Shown here in pieces: positions 1 through 12,495 of a stretch of 64,000 nucleotides of DNA. Every line of letters begins with the position of its first letter. The first letter of the stretch is position 1. Origin of the DNA: Malacoraja senta (lineage: Eukaryota); assembly GCA_038087875.1 (NCBI GenBank), contig CM075991.1:6822001-6886000 (forward strand), written 5' to 3'. Below the pieces are notes generated by a model. It was not told the origin of the DNA and did not search any database. It saw only the letters and a list, made by a program, of their open reading frames with translations. The position numbers and the translations under genes were made by a program.

Positions 1-1693
1 GATCGCCGATCTAAATTTATACTGCTTCGGCTGGATAATTTAAACGAATATAATTTCAGGTAAACATCAGCTACACGGGATTTGTAGCGTTTCCCAGGAA
101 GCTGCCCGGTGTTATTTCGAATTGATAATAAAAAATATATATTTCTTTTTCTTTCAAATTAACAGAAGATTGGAAACGTGACCGTCTCAGACCGCCCAGG
201 AGTAGCCCATCTTTTCACAACATCACAGGGTCTTATAGTCTAAATCAAGAAAGATTAATAGGGACAAAAATTAAAATTGAAGTTTAAGGCAATTATTTTG
301 TTGTTGGAAGCAGTTTATCTTTCGAATTTGAGATGCTTTCTCTTGATTTGGTCCATTTAATTTACAGGCGCTTTGAACCACTGCAATCCGGGTACTTCGG
401 TGAGTACATTCAGTAATCTAAATATGATAGCTTCGTTATCTTCAAATACGCAGAATGCTGCTACAGATACTGTTTGTTTTTTCTTTGCATCCAATGCAAA
501 CCGTGCTATTTCTTCCACGTACGTAACATTGCCGTTTAGGACAAGCGAGTTCTCTAATTTGCGGTATTTGCAGTTAATTATTAAACTGAAAAATTGCATT
601 GGGAATATCTGAATATATTTCCCTGCAATAATATTCAGATATCATTGGATTGTAATTTCGGAGTTTATGGAACTAGTGGTTTGAGTGTTTATTTGCAGTG
701 AAATGGTTCACAAATTATCTCATTTACACCTTAGCATATTACTGAAAATATGCATTTATGGCTTGTAAAACGTTCCTTTGTGAGACGTTTCCTATGTAAT
801 GCTGCTCTTCGCAAATTGTTGGTAACTATTATGATCAGATATCGTTTTAATGCATTGTGCTCTATAGTAATCTAGTAGAATCATAGCTAAAACCTTTGAT
901 TGAATTTGATATATTATGACTAGAGTCCGTTTCGTACAACTATGGTTTTTTGCAGGGCGATTGTGCACAAGTTTAGTGTGTCCTAACCGCGGTTAATACC
1001 CGACGAACAGTTTTAATATACCAGGGATATTACTTTATATAAGTGCCTAGTGCGTTTTGATCGGCCTTAGTGCATGATGTCCATGATTTGTGCCTTGTAA
1101 CATGACTGGTAGAGTGTATATGAACACCGATGTACCAACGCTGATCATAATATACAGCTAAGAGTTATGACAATATATATTTCATCGATCAGTGTGTCGA
1201 TATCATTAAACACACACTAATCGGAGAGCATTCCCCCGACTACAGTCAAGACAAACCATTTCCTCCTAATTACTTTTTCTTCCCAAAATGCTACGGCCTT
1301 ATGATTCTTGTGAAGATGTATAATTCACGTGTTGAGATCTAAATGTATGTCCGTATTCACTTCCATTTTAGAGTTGTTAACTTCACCAAATCAGGCTGAA
1401 TATCATCCACACACCAGCACATTTCTCCTCGATAGTCGCAAACTCGAACAGGCGAAAGAAGCCGTTCAATTAGATAGCAGTCGGTACAACTTTAATCGCT
1501 TTAACCTCGTAATATTTTTTACAACAAAAAAAATCATACACCATTACATAAAACATAAAACATAAAGTACGTGTGCTGTAATTAAGATAATTGTCTGTAA
1601 TTCTGCGAAGCGTGGCTGACGTTTGAGCGCCGTTCTGCTCGCCTTGCCGTCAGTTTTGGCGAAGCACAGATTTTTTAAACTCATCCTTCTTAC

Positions 1694-1793
1694 CTCCACT
1701 TTCGCTGTTCGGCGTCCCAGCCAAATGCCTGATCCCGAAAGAACTATTATTCCCAGCTGAGCTCTGCAGTGACTTGAGCGATGTTGCTGCCAT
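1694..1793 (-). CDS. Candidate first coding exon of an unidentified gene (MAATSLKSLQSSAGNNSSFGIRHLAGTPNSESG, phase 1)
   Basis: ATG at 1793-1791 in strong Kozak context (AGCATGG), 33 open codons +1 nt, then donor GAG|GTAAGA at 1693. Lies just downstream of a GC/CCAAT promoter. Peptide not recognised. Confidence 0.5.
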
Positions 1794-1989
1794 GCTGTAC
1801 CTACTCCAAGTTGAACCAGGGCAAGGTTTTTTATGAACAAAAACGAGCCTTCAGATGGTCCATGCAGATTGTCAGAAAGAATAGACCTCTCTTTTTTTTT
1901 TACCCCTTATCCCTGATATGTGTTTTTGTCCCTCGGTCCCCCCTTAATCTCAGCTGCTAATTCCAAAGCTCAGTCTTTTCCCGGCCTAT

Positions 1990-2260
1990 TCGTTGAGACG
2001 GCTGTTCCCCTTTGCTGTCCATTTGGACAGAGAGTAGTGGGATTGGACGAAAGCGGGTTGGGTTGGTTGCGGGGAGGGGGGGTGGGTGGGAGCGGGCGGG
2101 GAGGGGGAGGGGGGGGGGGCAGGTGGGTGGAGACAAGGGGACGATTGATGGCAGCCAGCGGGAGGAAATGCCGGCCACGCATTCCACGGATTGGTAACTT
2201 GTGGCTGCTGGACGAAACATCGCAAGGCTGCGCGGCCTGGCATTGGCTCCACAGTCTGCC
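1990..2260 (-). promoter_or_regulatory. GC-box/CCAAT promoter with G-rich (G4-prone) tract
   Basis: Three ATTGG motifs (CCAAT on minus) near 2042, 2190 and 2242. GGGCGG/GGGTGGG/GGGAGGG boxes at 2055-2128. CpG-rich, upstream of the 1793 ATG exon. Confidence 0.55.
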
Positions 2261-3362
2261 ACTAATAATTGACTCGTGATGCTTTGGTGCAGATGGGTGT
2301 CCATGAGTGAGCAGCTGTCGGAGTGAATCCAGCGAGGAAAGTTCCAGCGGCCATAACTCTTGTGTCTCACATATATTAAAAAAAAACACATTTGAATTCT
2401 CCTCAACTTCAGACCCTTCACGTTTCAGTTCAATTTGAACATGCAATGTATTGTCGCCCTGTACTTTATCACAGATATCTCCATTTATGTAGCTAAAGGT
2501 TGCTGCAATTTGTGGGTATAAATTCTGCACTGGCCAAAATGTTGGAAGTGGGCAACGTACCCCGCTGGTTTTAGGGGCTGAGAATTTAGATTACATTTTG
2601 TGTTTAAACGTGCCAGCGTTTCATTTCATAATTTGTTAATTCCATCGATTTTGCATCTGACTGTTACAGTATAATCTCACGTAGACTAAAAGAGAGTTGG
2701 CTGCGTTTCACTAAACCACACAGCTATATTCAGCAGTGCGCAGGCATTTGTAAATGCACAAAAGATGTCCAAAATCACAAAGATAACTGCTTCCGACTCG
2801 GCTGTTGAACAGTCGTCAACAATGTACAGCTGTTGTTAACGTTTATTCTGGGGGGGGGGGGGGGGCTGGGGAGGGGGGGATGTTGGGAATAGTTTCAAAC
2901 GTGATGTCATGCCCCTCAACCTTTGGAACGATTGAAGTACATAATAAGCTACGTTGGATCTTTGGACTTCATCGCACCATTGTTTTGGAAGGAATCTGTT
3001 GTTAGTCTTGTCAAGCTGCCAGACCATCTCTCCGCAAACAAGAAGCCCTCGCTAGCTCTGTGTGGTGACTGGGAGAATGGAATATTGCCTAGGCAGGATG
3101 CCAGCCTTTGAAGTTAATGGCTTCACGTCGGTATGGATTAGTCCAAATGGGGTTGCTAGTTGCATGGGCGAATGAATGAAACCAACGACCCGCTGGTGCC
3201 CTGACCCACAGCCAAGATTAAACTGCATCTGCAGTTCCTTTCCACACATTCGGATTAAATTGGCCTTCTCTGTTATTACGGAGTGAGACCTACCAAGTGT
3301 GAATCACTGTTCACCAAATGGCCGCTGTAAAGTAGCTAATAGCAGAAAGATGGCTCACTTAC

Positions 3363-3402
3363 AGTGCCACATGCCAGGGCGGCGTGTTGCCCCAGACATC
3401 AT
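3363..3402 (-). CDS. Candidate alternative first coding exon (MMSGATRRPGMWH, phase 1)
   Basis: ATGATG at 3402-3397, 13 codons +1 nt, then donor GTAAGT at 3362-3357; CpG-rich context. Confidence 0.3.
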
Positions 3403-4886
3403 TGCGCAGCGCCCAGTGAACTATTTCAACGTAGATTGTTTCAAGAAAGAATAATTTTGAGGACAAGACTGAATTATTACCCATCGAATCTTCGTCACAA
3501 ACCCAATGCTTCAAGATCACGTTCAGTACTTTTGAGCGATTGATAACTGAAACGTGATAAGTGAACCGTACGGTGCTGAAGACCATTTGGCCCATCGACT
3601 GTGGACTGGCTCTTCCAAGCAACGTCCCATTCAGGAGACCCACTACCCAGATCTTTTTTTTTCCCAGAGAACAGTTATTTTATTTTTTTAAAGTATTTAT
3701 CCGTTTTCTTTCTGACGAAAAAAACGATTGTATTTGTTTCTAGCCTCCTTACAATCACAACAAAATGTGAGGCAAATGAAAAACCTCCTCAGTGACTCTG
3801 GGCCTTATGTTACCAATCACCCTGAACCTGTGGTCTCTGTGATTGCCCTGCTGGTGGAAGCGTTCCGCTTTATTTGTTGTAAAGAATCCCCCTTAAAGCG
3901 TTGAATACGTTTACTAAATATATTCGTAGCCTTTTGCTTTACCGATAATAATCAGTATTTTCTACATCTCTATATAGCCATGTTCACGTGAAAGGGTTTA
4001 GATGGATCCAGGTTTTAGTCTGAAAACGGGTCTCGACCTGAAACCTATTCCTTTTCTCCAGAGATTCTGCCTGACCCGCTGAGTTACTCCAGCATTTTCT
4101 ATTTATCTTCGGTGTAATCCGATGTAAACTGCAGTTCTCTCCTATACGAGGTTTAGACGGATATGGGCAAAGCGCGGGCAAATAGGTCCAGTTTAAAGAG
4201 GCATATTGGTCACATTTGCCCGCGTTAGACCCATATCGCTCGAAGCAAAACTTAGTCACTAAAACAAAACTAAACACTCCACCGTTTAAAGACGAATCTG
4301 TCCATTTCCCTCCACAGATGCTGTCTGACCTGCCGAGTTCCTCCAGCTCTTTGTATAGGAAGGAACTGCAGATGCTAGTTTAAACCGAAGATAGACACAA
4401 AAAGCTGGAGTAACTCAGCGGGCCAGGCAGCATCTCTGGAGTCTGAAGAAGGGTCTCGACTCGAAACGTCACATATTAATTTTCTCCAGAGATGCTATCT
4501 GACTCGCTGAGTTACTCTGGGTTTTTGTGTCTATACTAATGCACTTAGATTTTTTTTTGCTCGAAATCTTTTCCACGCCGATGATTAACTTTCCCAGCTT
4601 TTTCTGTTGACGCTACCCCCCCCCGCCGACAACCCCCCCCCCCCCGCAGGAAAATGCACCGAGTAAACAGAATCTTAGAAAACAAGAAGTGTAGTCAGCA
4701 CATATTACATTCAAAGTAGAGGCAGGAACAAGCTATTCCAGTTTATGTTTTTCCTCCACCTTTCAATTACATGGTGGTAGATTATATTGTACCTCCGCGC
4801 TGTTTCCCCGTTGCAATCCCGTATCCTTGATTCTCTTAATGCGTCGAATCTAAAAATACTCTTTCCATCATTCCTCTTCTCCAAAT

Positions 4887-5201
4887 TAGACACAAAAAGC
4901 TGGAGTAACTCAGCGGGACAGGCAGCATCTCTGGAGAGAAGGAATGGGTGAAGTTTCGGGTGGAGACCCTTCATCAGACTGGTTAGCGATAAGGGAAACG
5001 AGAGATAAAGATCAATGGATGATCACTTCAGATCACCGTCTATATCTCTCGTTTCCCTTATCCCTAACCAGTCTGAAGAAGGGTATTGACTAGAAACGTC
5101 ACCCATTCCTTCTCTCCAGAGATGCTGCCTGTCCCGCTGAGTTACTCCAGCTTTTTGTGTCTATCTTCGATTTAAACCAGCATCTGCAGTTCCTTCTTAC
5201 A
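4887..5201. mobile_element. Penelope-derived inverted-pair (hairpin) element, family A
   Basis: Left arm is the reverse complement of the right arm, with extra internal inverted sequence (cgtttcccttat). Flanked by cattcctcttc(t/c)cca at 4869-4883 and 5202-5216. Confidence 0.8.
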
Positions 5202-5339
5202 CATTCCTCTTCCCCAGCCCCTTTAACTACCCGGCCCTTGCCAAATATTTGTAAATGGTGAAATGTTAAAGCGATGAGATACAGATACTTGAATATTTGT
5301 ACGGATGATCAAATACTACAAGAGGGCGCAAAAAATAAT

Positions 5340-5745
5340 CAAAAAGGCTGCCAGGAATCCGGCCTTTATATCCAAGGTGCTGCAGGTAGACAAAGCCCCG
5401 GTTGGACCACACCTGTGGAACAAAGAGCAGATCTAGGCGCAAAGAGCAGAGTTGGGAATGACATATTGTCCCTGGAAGGACTTCAGTACAGATTTCCAGA
5501 ATGGTATTCGGATCCCGAAGGTTCAATTACCAGGAGAGATGCCACAAACTGGAGGCCTCTTCAATTCAGAATAATTTGGTTTACTTTATCGATTGATATG
5601 GTAAATAGAGGGAAGTTGTCGCCGCTGGTTGGGGAAGACGAGGCAGACTGGTCAAAAAAACAAAGCTAGGGTGAAGTTAGAAAACACTTCCTTCCACACG
5701 CTGATAGTCAGAGTTCTCATCAACAGACAATTGTTTAGTTTAAGA
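5340..5745 (+). mobile_element. Old decayed CR1 LINE fragment
   Basis: Residual RPHL and DILSLEGLQYRF motifs match the CR1 ORF2 C-terminus of younger copies in this window. Confidence 0.5.
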
Positions 5746-5924
5746 TAGAAACAAATTGCTGGAGTAACTCAGCGGGACAGGCAGCATGTCTGGAGACAAG
5801 GAATGGGTAAGGGTTCAGGTCGAGGCCCTTCATCAGAAGATTCTGACTAAAATGGTTTAGTTCATTGTCACGTGTACCGAGGTACAGTGAAAAGCTATTG
5901 CTGTGTCAGCGGAAAGGCAATACG

Positions 5925-6195
5925 TGTAGGAAGGAACTGCAGATGCTGGTTTAAACCGAAGGTAGACACAAAATGCTGGAGTAACTCAGCGGGACAGGCA
6001 GCATCTCTGGAGAGAAGGAATGGGTGACGTTTCGGATCGAGACCCTGAAGAAGGGTCTGAAGAAGGGTCTCGACCCGAAACGTCACCCATTACTTCTATG
6101 CGGAGATGTTGCGTGTCCTGCTGAGTAACGTCGCGTAATTTGCGTGCCAAGGACACGTAAGTGGGACAGGCCCTTTACTCCAGCTTTTTGTGTAC
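5925..6195. mobile_element. Family A inverted-pair element carrying a Harbinger MITE right end, nested in a Rex1-type 3' tail
   Basis: Arms gtaggaaggaactgcagatgct... and ...ttactccagc. The end aagtgggacaggccct+TTA interrupts gagTTActcc. Flanks match the ttgtcacgtgtaccgaggtacagtgaaaagc family. Confidence 0.7.
6053..6088 (+). ncRNA. Minimal type I hammerhead ribozyme motif (best-formed copy)
   Basis: GGGT-CTGAAGA-A-GGGTC(TC)GACCC-GAAA-CGTC-ACCC: core CUGANGA/GAAA, helix II 5 bp, helix I GGGU/ACCC, palindromic ACGU helix III, GUC cleavage triplet. Confidence 0.7.
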
Positions 6196-8379
6196 TATCA
6201 GCGGAAAGACTAAAGATGATTCCAATCGAGATGTCCACAGTTTAGAGATGGAACCACATAATTGATGGTGGTTAATTTGACTTTGAAAAGCGACCAGCAC
6301 TGTTCAGTGCTAGGTCATTATCGCGTTGAATGGTGGATCAGTCTCGACGGACCAAACGGACGCATATCTTTTTTGTGTGTTCCAGTGATATAAAACCGGC
6401 TTGACGGAGAATCGTTATTGTACATGAACAGAAATCAGCGCGGTAAATAAAGCGGACGGGAGATCTCATTATATGTCTTACCGCGACTCGGGGCTAGAGA
6501 GTTCGCCTGTCACCTGGTCTCATAACGCAGCCACATTGGGGCCATTCCTTAAGTAAATAGTATTTTGGCGAGCTGAAACGCTGAACTTGCCAGGAATGTC
6601 TATATACTTCAAAAATAATAATTTGGATATTAAAACATACGGTTGTACTTTATCTCCGAGACGGTTTCTCGACTGGAAACGGCACCTATCCATCTTCTCC
6701 AGAGATGCTGCCTGACTTAACCCAGCACGTTGTGTCCCTTTGTGTAAACCAGCATCTGCAGTTCCTTGTTTCTACGGTTTCAGGAGTTCGATTGTGGACG
6801 AAAACGCTGTATGCTCTCTCTTTCTCTCTCTCTCCCAGAGTGCCTTTTACAACCCCTATCTGTTCTGCTAATCATCATCGGATCGTGAATAATTCTCGCT
6901 GCCGCTCTGGACTGAATGTAAGGTCGCGTAATTTGCGTGCCAAGGACACGTAAGTGGGACAGGCCCTTTACTCCAGCTTTTTGTGTACTATCAGCGGAAA
7001 GACTAAAGATGATTCTCCAATAATTTTTACACTATTTTTTTATTCTCCAGAGATGCTGCTTGACCCGCTTTTTTTGTGTCTATCTTCGGTTTAAACCAGC
7101 ATCTGAAGTTCTGACCTACACATGATTCCTTGCTGCGTTGAATCATAGACCTTTTTCTTCGCTCCATAGATGCTGCCTCGCACGCTGAGTTTCTCCAGCA
7201 TTTTTATCTATCTTGCTGCGTTGAAAATGCTTTCGTTCCCACCTCTTCTGCAATGTTTAGTTTCATGCACACCTCTGACTACAGTGTTAGAAGATTTCCA
7301 CATTCAGGGCCAAATGGGGATAATTTATTGGAACATTTATTGACAACGAGACCACCACAAAACTCTCTCTGACCCGTGACCCCATGAATAAATCCTTCAG
7401 TTTTATAGATTCACCGAAGTCCAAAGTATGTGAAATGTACTGTCCATAAACCAGCATCTGCATTCCTTCCTACAAGTTGAGTGTGCCACGAGTGTTTTTC
7501 TTTTGCTAGATGCACTTTGTACCTGCGGCTTTGATTAGATTTCGGAGTTGAATACGTCTCTTTGCAATAGATTGACTCAGGAGCTGACCACCTCGGCATG
7601 AAGTTTGTACTCTCCTGTGGCACAGTTCAAAAGTCAAGTATCAGTTGAATGGGGCCAATGTATCCCCGGCGGTGAGCGGCTCAGCGCTGAGCCCACAATA
7701 CAACCGGCCGCCCCGATGTTCACAAGCGTACAAATGATGCAGTCTGCACAATGTTACACAGATGTGGTCAAATAAGTCATGTGATATCAGTTCATTTGTG
7801 CTCGATGAAGCTCACAGATCACTCACGCCAAGAGATACTGCGAGCAGTGCTAACACCGACTCGCGTTCACGGGTTTTAATATAGATTAAACTGCAGATCG
7901 GCCTCTACCTCGCAAAGGCCCGATAGGGTTATCGTGTTATCAATCGATGCTATTTGAAACGTGAAATATATATTAAAAATGACTTTAATCCTTCCGAGGA
8001 ACTGTTCTTCCTCGCCGTGTAGTGATATTCGCTGAATCAGTGAATACAAATCTCTCTGTGATTTTAAGCAGTCGGTTTTGGTTTAATCCCCATATCCTGT
8101 TCCCTTACAGTGATTACTTACAGGACATGAACCAACATTTCCCTTGTTTTTATTTGTTTTTTAATTTTATTCAAGCTTGCTGATTTATTGTCGCGGCGTT
8201 GAATATTCATGGCAGTGGCAAAGCGTTTGTTTAATGGGCGACCTGTTATTATGAACCATGTTGTACCATTATTCTAATTATTAATTCACTGTATATTCCA
8301 TAGGAACATAATCAAGCGAAAGCACCTGGAAAATCATATAATATATATATGTATATGTGTGTGTATGTATATGTACGTG

Positions 8380-8508
<129 letters not shown>

Positions 8509-8560
8509 TGGTATGTGTATATAACATAAGTGGCGAATCATCTCGACAATTAATAATTAA

Positions 8561-8657
8561 CAGTCCTAAGAAGGGTCTCAACGCGGACGTCACCTATTCA
8601 TTTTCACCAGAGATGCTGCTTGACCCGCTGAGTTACTGCAGCATTTTGTGTCTATCT
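8561..8657 (+). mobile_element. Single-arm Penelope-derived repeat with TSD
   Basis: TSD tcgacaattaataa at 8543-8556 and 8658-8671. Confidence 0.75.
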
Positions 8658-9410
8658 TCGACAATTAATAAACCATGTTAATCAAAGAAATGACAGGCAA
8701 AAGTGCGTGTCATTAAGAAATAACTTAATGTGAAAAATAAGTATACTTTGTCTTCCAATTTCACTTAAAATAACCAGAACCCAACATGGATATTAAAAAT
8801 ATAGGCCAGTTTAACCGGACGCTTTATTTTACGGAGTGAAGTGGTCCCGATTATTTTCGGACAGCACGAATAGCGTGTACTATGTGAAAATGACAATGCG
8901 GGTCCATTAACGTCTTACGACCGAGGCTTTAAATGTTTTCTTTCATTGCTAACTTAACGATATAATATAAATTCTGACATGCAATCCTCGCATTACCGAC
9001 AGGTTAACTTGTTCGTACAGTGTATTGTGTTACATGAGGGCGCCGTGGAGTCTTTAATGGATCGCTCATCTGACACCAGTTGAGCGAGAAGGATTTTGCA
9101 AGGCACTGTTACCGAGCTGAGATCCGCCCGGTTAATTTATTACAGGCTTGCGAAAATCAGCAGCCAATAAATTCAATCACATTAGTAACCCGACGCTGCC
9201 GTAATGATGATTACCGCAGGTTAGCACGATGTCCACTATAAATAAAGGTACTTCATAATATTTGGTCTCGTAAAAATAAGACGAGGTGTCACCCCCATCC
9301 GTTCCATTGATTTATAGGGCAGGGAGAGTTTGTTCAAAGACCTTGTAAAATAGCGTGTACTCAATGATATAGAGCGAATATTCGTGAATACTGTACACTG
9401 TTTATATTAG

Positions 9411-9610
9411 NNNNNNNNNNNNNNNNNNNNNNNNNNNNNNNNNNNNNNNNNNNNNNNNNNNNNNNNNNNNNNNNNNNNNNNNNNNNNNNNNNNNNNNNNN
9501 NNNNNNNNNNNNNNNNNNNNNNNNNNNNNNNNNNNNNNNNNNNNNNNNNNNNNNNNNNNNNNNNNNNNNNNNNNNNNNNNNNNNNNNNNNNNNNNNNNNN
9601 NNNNNNNNNN
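9411..9610. other. Assembly gap (200 N)
   Basis: Run of n. Confidence 1.
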
Positions 9611-9946
9611 ATTATTGGGCTCAGCCGACCAGATGTAATTCCATTCAAAGTGTGTTACATATTAAAGACCCAAATGCATTTTACATTTACAAAGCTTGCA
9701 TTAATTATCCCGGTTTTATACTGAACTCTCTGCACTTCCGTTGGACTTTTTCTGAAGCTTAACACAAGAAAGAGCTCGGGTTTATTTACCGTTTTACCAG
9801 GTGCCCCCCCCCCCCTCCCCTGTTTTTAAAATGAAACATGATTTGCGATAGAGTTCAGGGAGGGCGTGGGGGGTTACAACTGCAAGATTCCCAGTCTCTA
9901 CTGTATCCTGTTTATGGGTCTTTTCCCGCTGCCACTGTCTCCTTAC

Positions 9947-10109
9947 CGCACTTTTCCTGCTGACTGGAACCGTTCTTTGATTCCAAACGCGTTGCTTCTC
10001 GCGAACGGCGCAGCTTCTGTTCTGGGCAGTCCAGGTCGGTAGTCTCAAGTTTGTGAATTTCCATTCGAAGAATTTAATCCTACAAACGGCGAACAGCGAA
10101 GTTTAGAAG
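9947..10109 (-). CDS. Candidate 163-nt exon containing an ATG (MEIHKLETTDLDCPEQKLRRSREATRLESKNGSSQQEKC, phase 1)
   Basis: On the minus strand: (TC)n pyrimidine tract + CAG acceptor at 10112-10110, in-frame stops, ATG at 10064, 39 open codons +1 nt, donor GCG|GTAAGG at 9946. Confidence 0.4.
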
Positions 10110-10113
10110 CTGG

Positions 10114-10144
<31 letters not shown>

Positions 10145-10316
10145 GAGAACATCACCGGCCGGTCTAATGCTCAACGAAACGGGTCGAAAAATGATACTCC
10201 GGTCTCTCTGTACAATCTTTCACAGACACCCAATGACATTTTCACGTGCGTTCAGATCTTTCTTTTTTTTTAACCCCAACTTACATTTATTTAAGACACA
10301 AGACCAAATAATACAG

Positions 10317-10413
10317 TCCGAGGAAGGGTCTCGACCCGAAATGTCACCCATTCCTTCTTCCCAGAGATGCTGCCTCTCCCGCTGAGTTACTCCGGCATTC
10401 TGTGTCTCTTCCT
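10317..10413 (+). mobile_element. Single-arm Penelope-derived repeat with TSD
   Basis: TSD ccaaataatacag at 10304-10316 and 10414-10426. Confidence 0.75.
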
Positions 10414-11138
10414 CCAAATAATACAGGCGATTGGTTTCTCTTGAACGGTTTCCGTTATTTTCCTGGAAGCTGAGTTTATCCAGTGTTGAAAACGACTGCT
10501 GTTTCAGAAACGTTTAAAGAGGTAATCACAGACTTGGAAATAATTCTCCCACCATCCAGGTACCGTCAGAATATGCTGACACTGACAGCGTGTTTGGATT
10601 TGTTTGGCGGTTACTTTATGTTTTTGTGTTGGAATATTCTTCATCTTTAATATTGAAATCGGTAACACGACACCTACAAGACGCGTTTCTATGGTTTCGA
10701 ATCTGGTGTAAGTCTTCGCAAAACCAAACAGTTTCTTTCCTGCAAGATCGGTAAATACTTGACAGTCTTGTCAGTCGTAAATAGAACTGCATCTCCTTCG
10801 CTATTGTGTACATCTGTGCAGAAAGACGGCTAGTGTACAGAAGCAAGGGCCTACCCGTGGAATACACCGTGCAAGATATTAACCAGCATCGATGCATCCG
10901 ATTGTTGCCTTGACATATCTAGGTCTATCCAACATCAACATTCCACGCGGCTTATTTCACATCTGCAATCTAACCAAAACTCAAAGAGCGACGATGGCTT
11001 TGAGGTTTGCCTTCAGAATCATACCGCTACTGCGAATAATCTTCTGCTTGAGCAGTTTTGGGCAATTTACCAGATACATTGTTGTTTAAACATGTGAACG
11101 GCGATGTCGTCGCTGAAGGTGGATTACCAGCCAGGATA

Positions 11139-11277
11139 GGGGGGGGGGCATTTAAGATTGTCAAAGTGTTAAGAACTGAATGAACACGAGAGTGATTCTG
11201 GGGGGGGGGGGGGGGGGGGCATTTAAGATTGTCAAAGTGTTAAGAACTGAATGAACACGAGAGTGATTCTGGGGGGG
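11139..11277. repeat. Exact tandem duplication of a ~50-bp unit bounded by poly-G tracts
   Basis: catttaagattg...gtgattct occurs twice, separated by a long G run. Confidence 0.9.
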
Positions 11278-11859
11278 AAAACGTTTTGGAATTAATAACT
11301 ATCTCCTGGACTCCCAAGTGGTTTGGCGAGTTTACAAGTGAACAGGAATCAGGGTGAGACGAGATCGCATTCGGCATTCTTGATGGGTTGTCCTATCTGG
11401 AAGTATCCATGTATGGTTGTATGCCTACTTTGGCAGGATGAAGAAAGACGGAGTCAAGGACCACTTCAACACTAATGTCACTGAAACCTCAACAAATAAT
11501 TGCAGCCTTCGGGACAGAAATACTGCAGACTTTCATTAAAACGCAGTTTGATGTTCAGACTCTTTTCGCGTGGAATACCCGGGTTCAGTATATCCGACAA
11601 TGCACACAATGTATAACACCTACCCGAATCCGACTCTCAACTCAATTTATACACTTTGATTTTTTTTTAAATAATGTGACATCAACCTAAAATTAATATT
11701 ATTTTTTGGACTCGTATCAATTATTAAAGTCACATTTGCTGTTGAAAAAGGCTCGATTTTTACAATGTAATACCCTGGATATTTACCAGATGATTGGACT
11801 GGTTTTTGGCAAACAGAAAGGGTGGAGGTCTGAATGGGGTGGGGACTGGAAGAGACATT

Positions 11860-12200
11860 TGCATGGCGCATCGCGAATTAATTTTGGGGATTTGACTTGA
11901 TTAAGATATCTGTCAGTTCGCAATTCGGAAAACTAATTATGGGACTCGGAGGCAAGAGGGTAGCGCTAGGGCAGATGGAATTACTGTTCAGTGTTTGCTG
12001 ATAATAATTTGCGCTTTCAGACCCGGATTTGCATATATTGCATCTGTCAATTGGCTCTCTCTCCGTTATTGAAAAATAACTTTGAACTGCATCGTGTTTC
12101 CTAATATGGGAATCGGGCATAAATTACAAGCCGCCTTTCATTTTCAAGTCATATTTGTTGTATAAAGAGAGCAGCAGCATTAATATTAATAGGACTGATG
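11860..12200. promoter_or_regulatory. Enhancer/CNE-like unique sequence
   Basis: Octamer ATTTGCAT at 12027-12034, CArG box CCTAATATGG at 12100-12109, several TAAT/ATTA and TGTCA motifs, repeat-free. Conservation not tested. Confidence 0.3.
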
Positions 12201-12355
12201 AAGTTGTCTAATGTCAGTGCCGAAGGTCTCGTGACCAAGAGCTACGATACATTTTTGCTGACGGCTCACTAGTAAGGGCGGTGTAAAAAATGCACGTTTC
12301 CCAGATAAAAGGGGATTATCTAAATCAGAATGGATAGAAGTCTATCCGTCAATAT

Positions 12356-12495
12356 AGTCAAGTCGAGTCACATTTATTTATATAGCACATTTAAAAAACA
12401 ACTCTCGTTGGCCAAAGTGCTTTACATTTGTTATAAGAATAGCATAAACAAAACAAACTACATACATATATACATATAGCCCTCACTCAGAGGGC
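12356..12495 (-). mobile_element. L2-type LINE/SINE 3' tail
   Basis: The minus strand reads tgtaaagcactttgg...aatgtgctatataaataaatgtgact, a typical L2-clade terminus. Confidence 0.55.

Noticed and set aside
368..399. Plus-strand 32-nt micro-exon (tttacag|...|gtgagt)
   Set aside because: Good splice signals but no partner exons or recognisable peptide; could be chance or an antisense lncRNA.
1970..2530. 186-aa Pro-rich ORF
   Set aside because: Low-complexity product of the promoter G tract; non-ATG start; no recognisable domain.
3570..3580. REST/RE1 site (also GCGCTGTCC near 32837)
   Set aside because: Only isolated half-sites.
12195..12230. CTGATGA as a hammerhead core
   Set aside because: No helix II and no GAAA-NUH arrangement.
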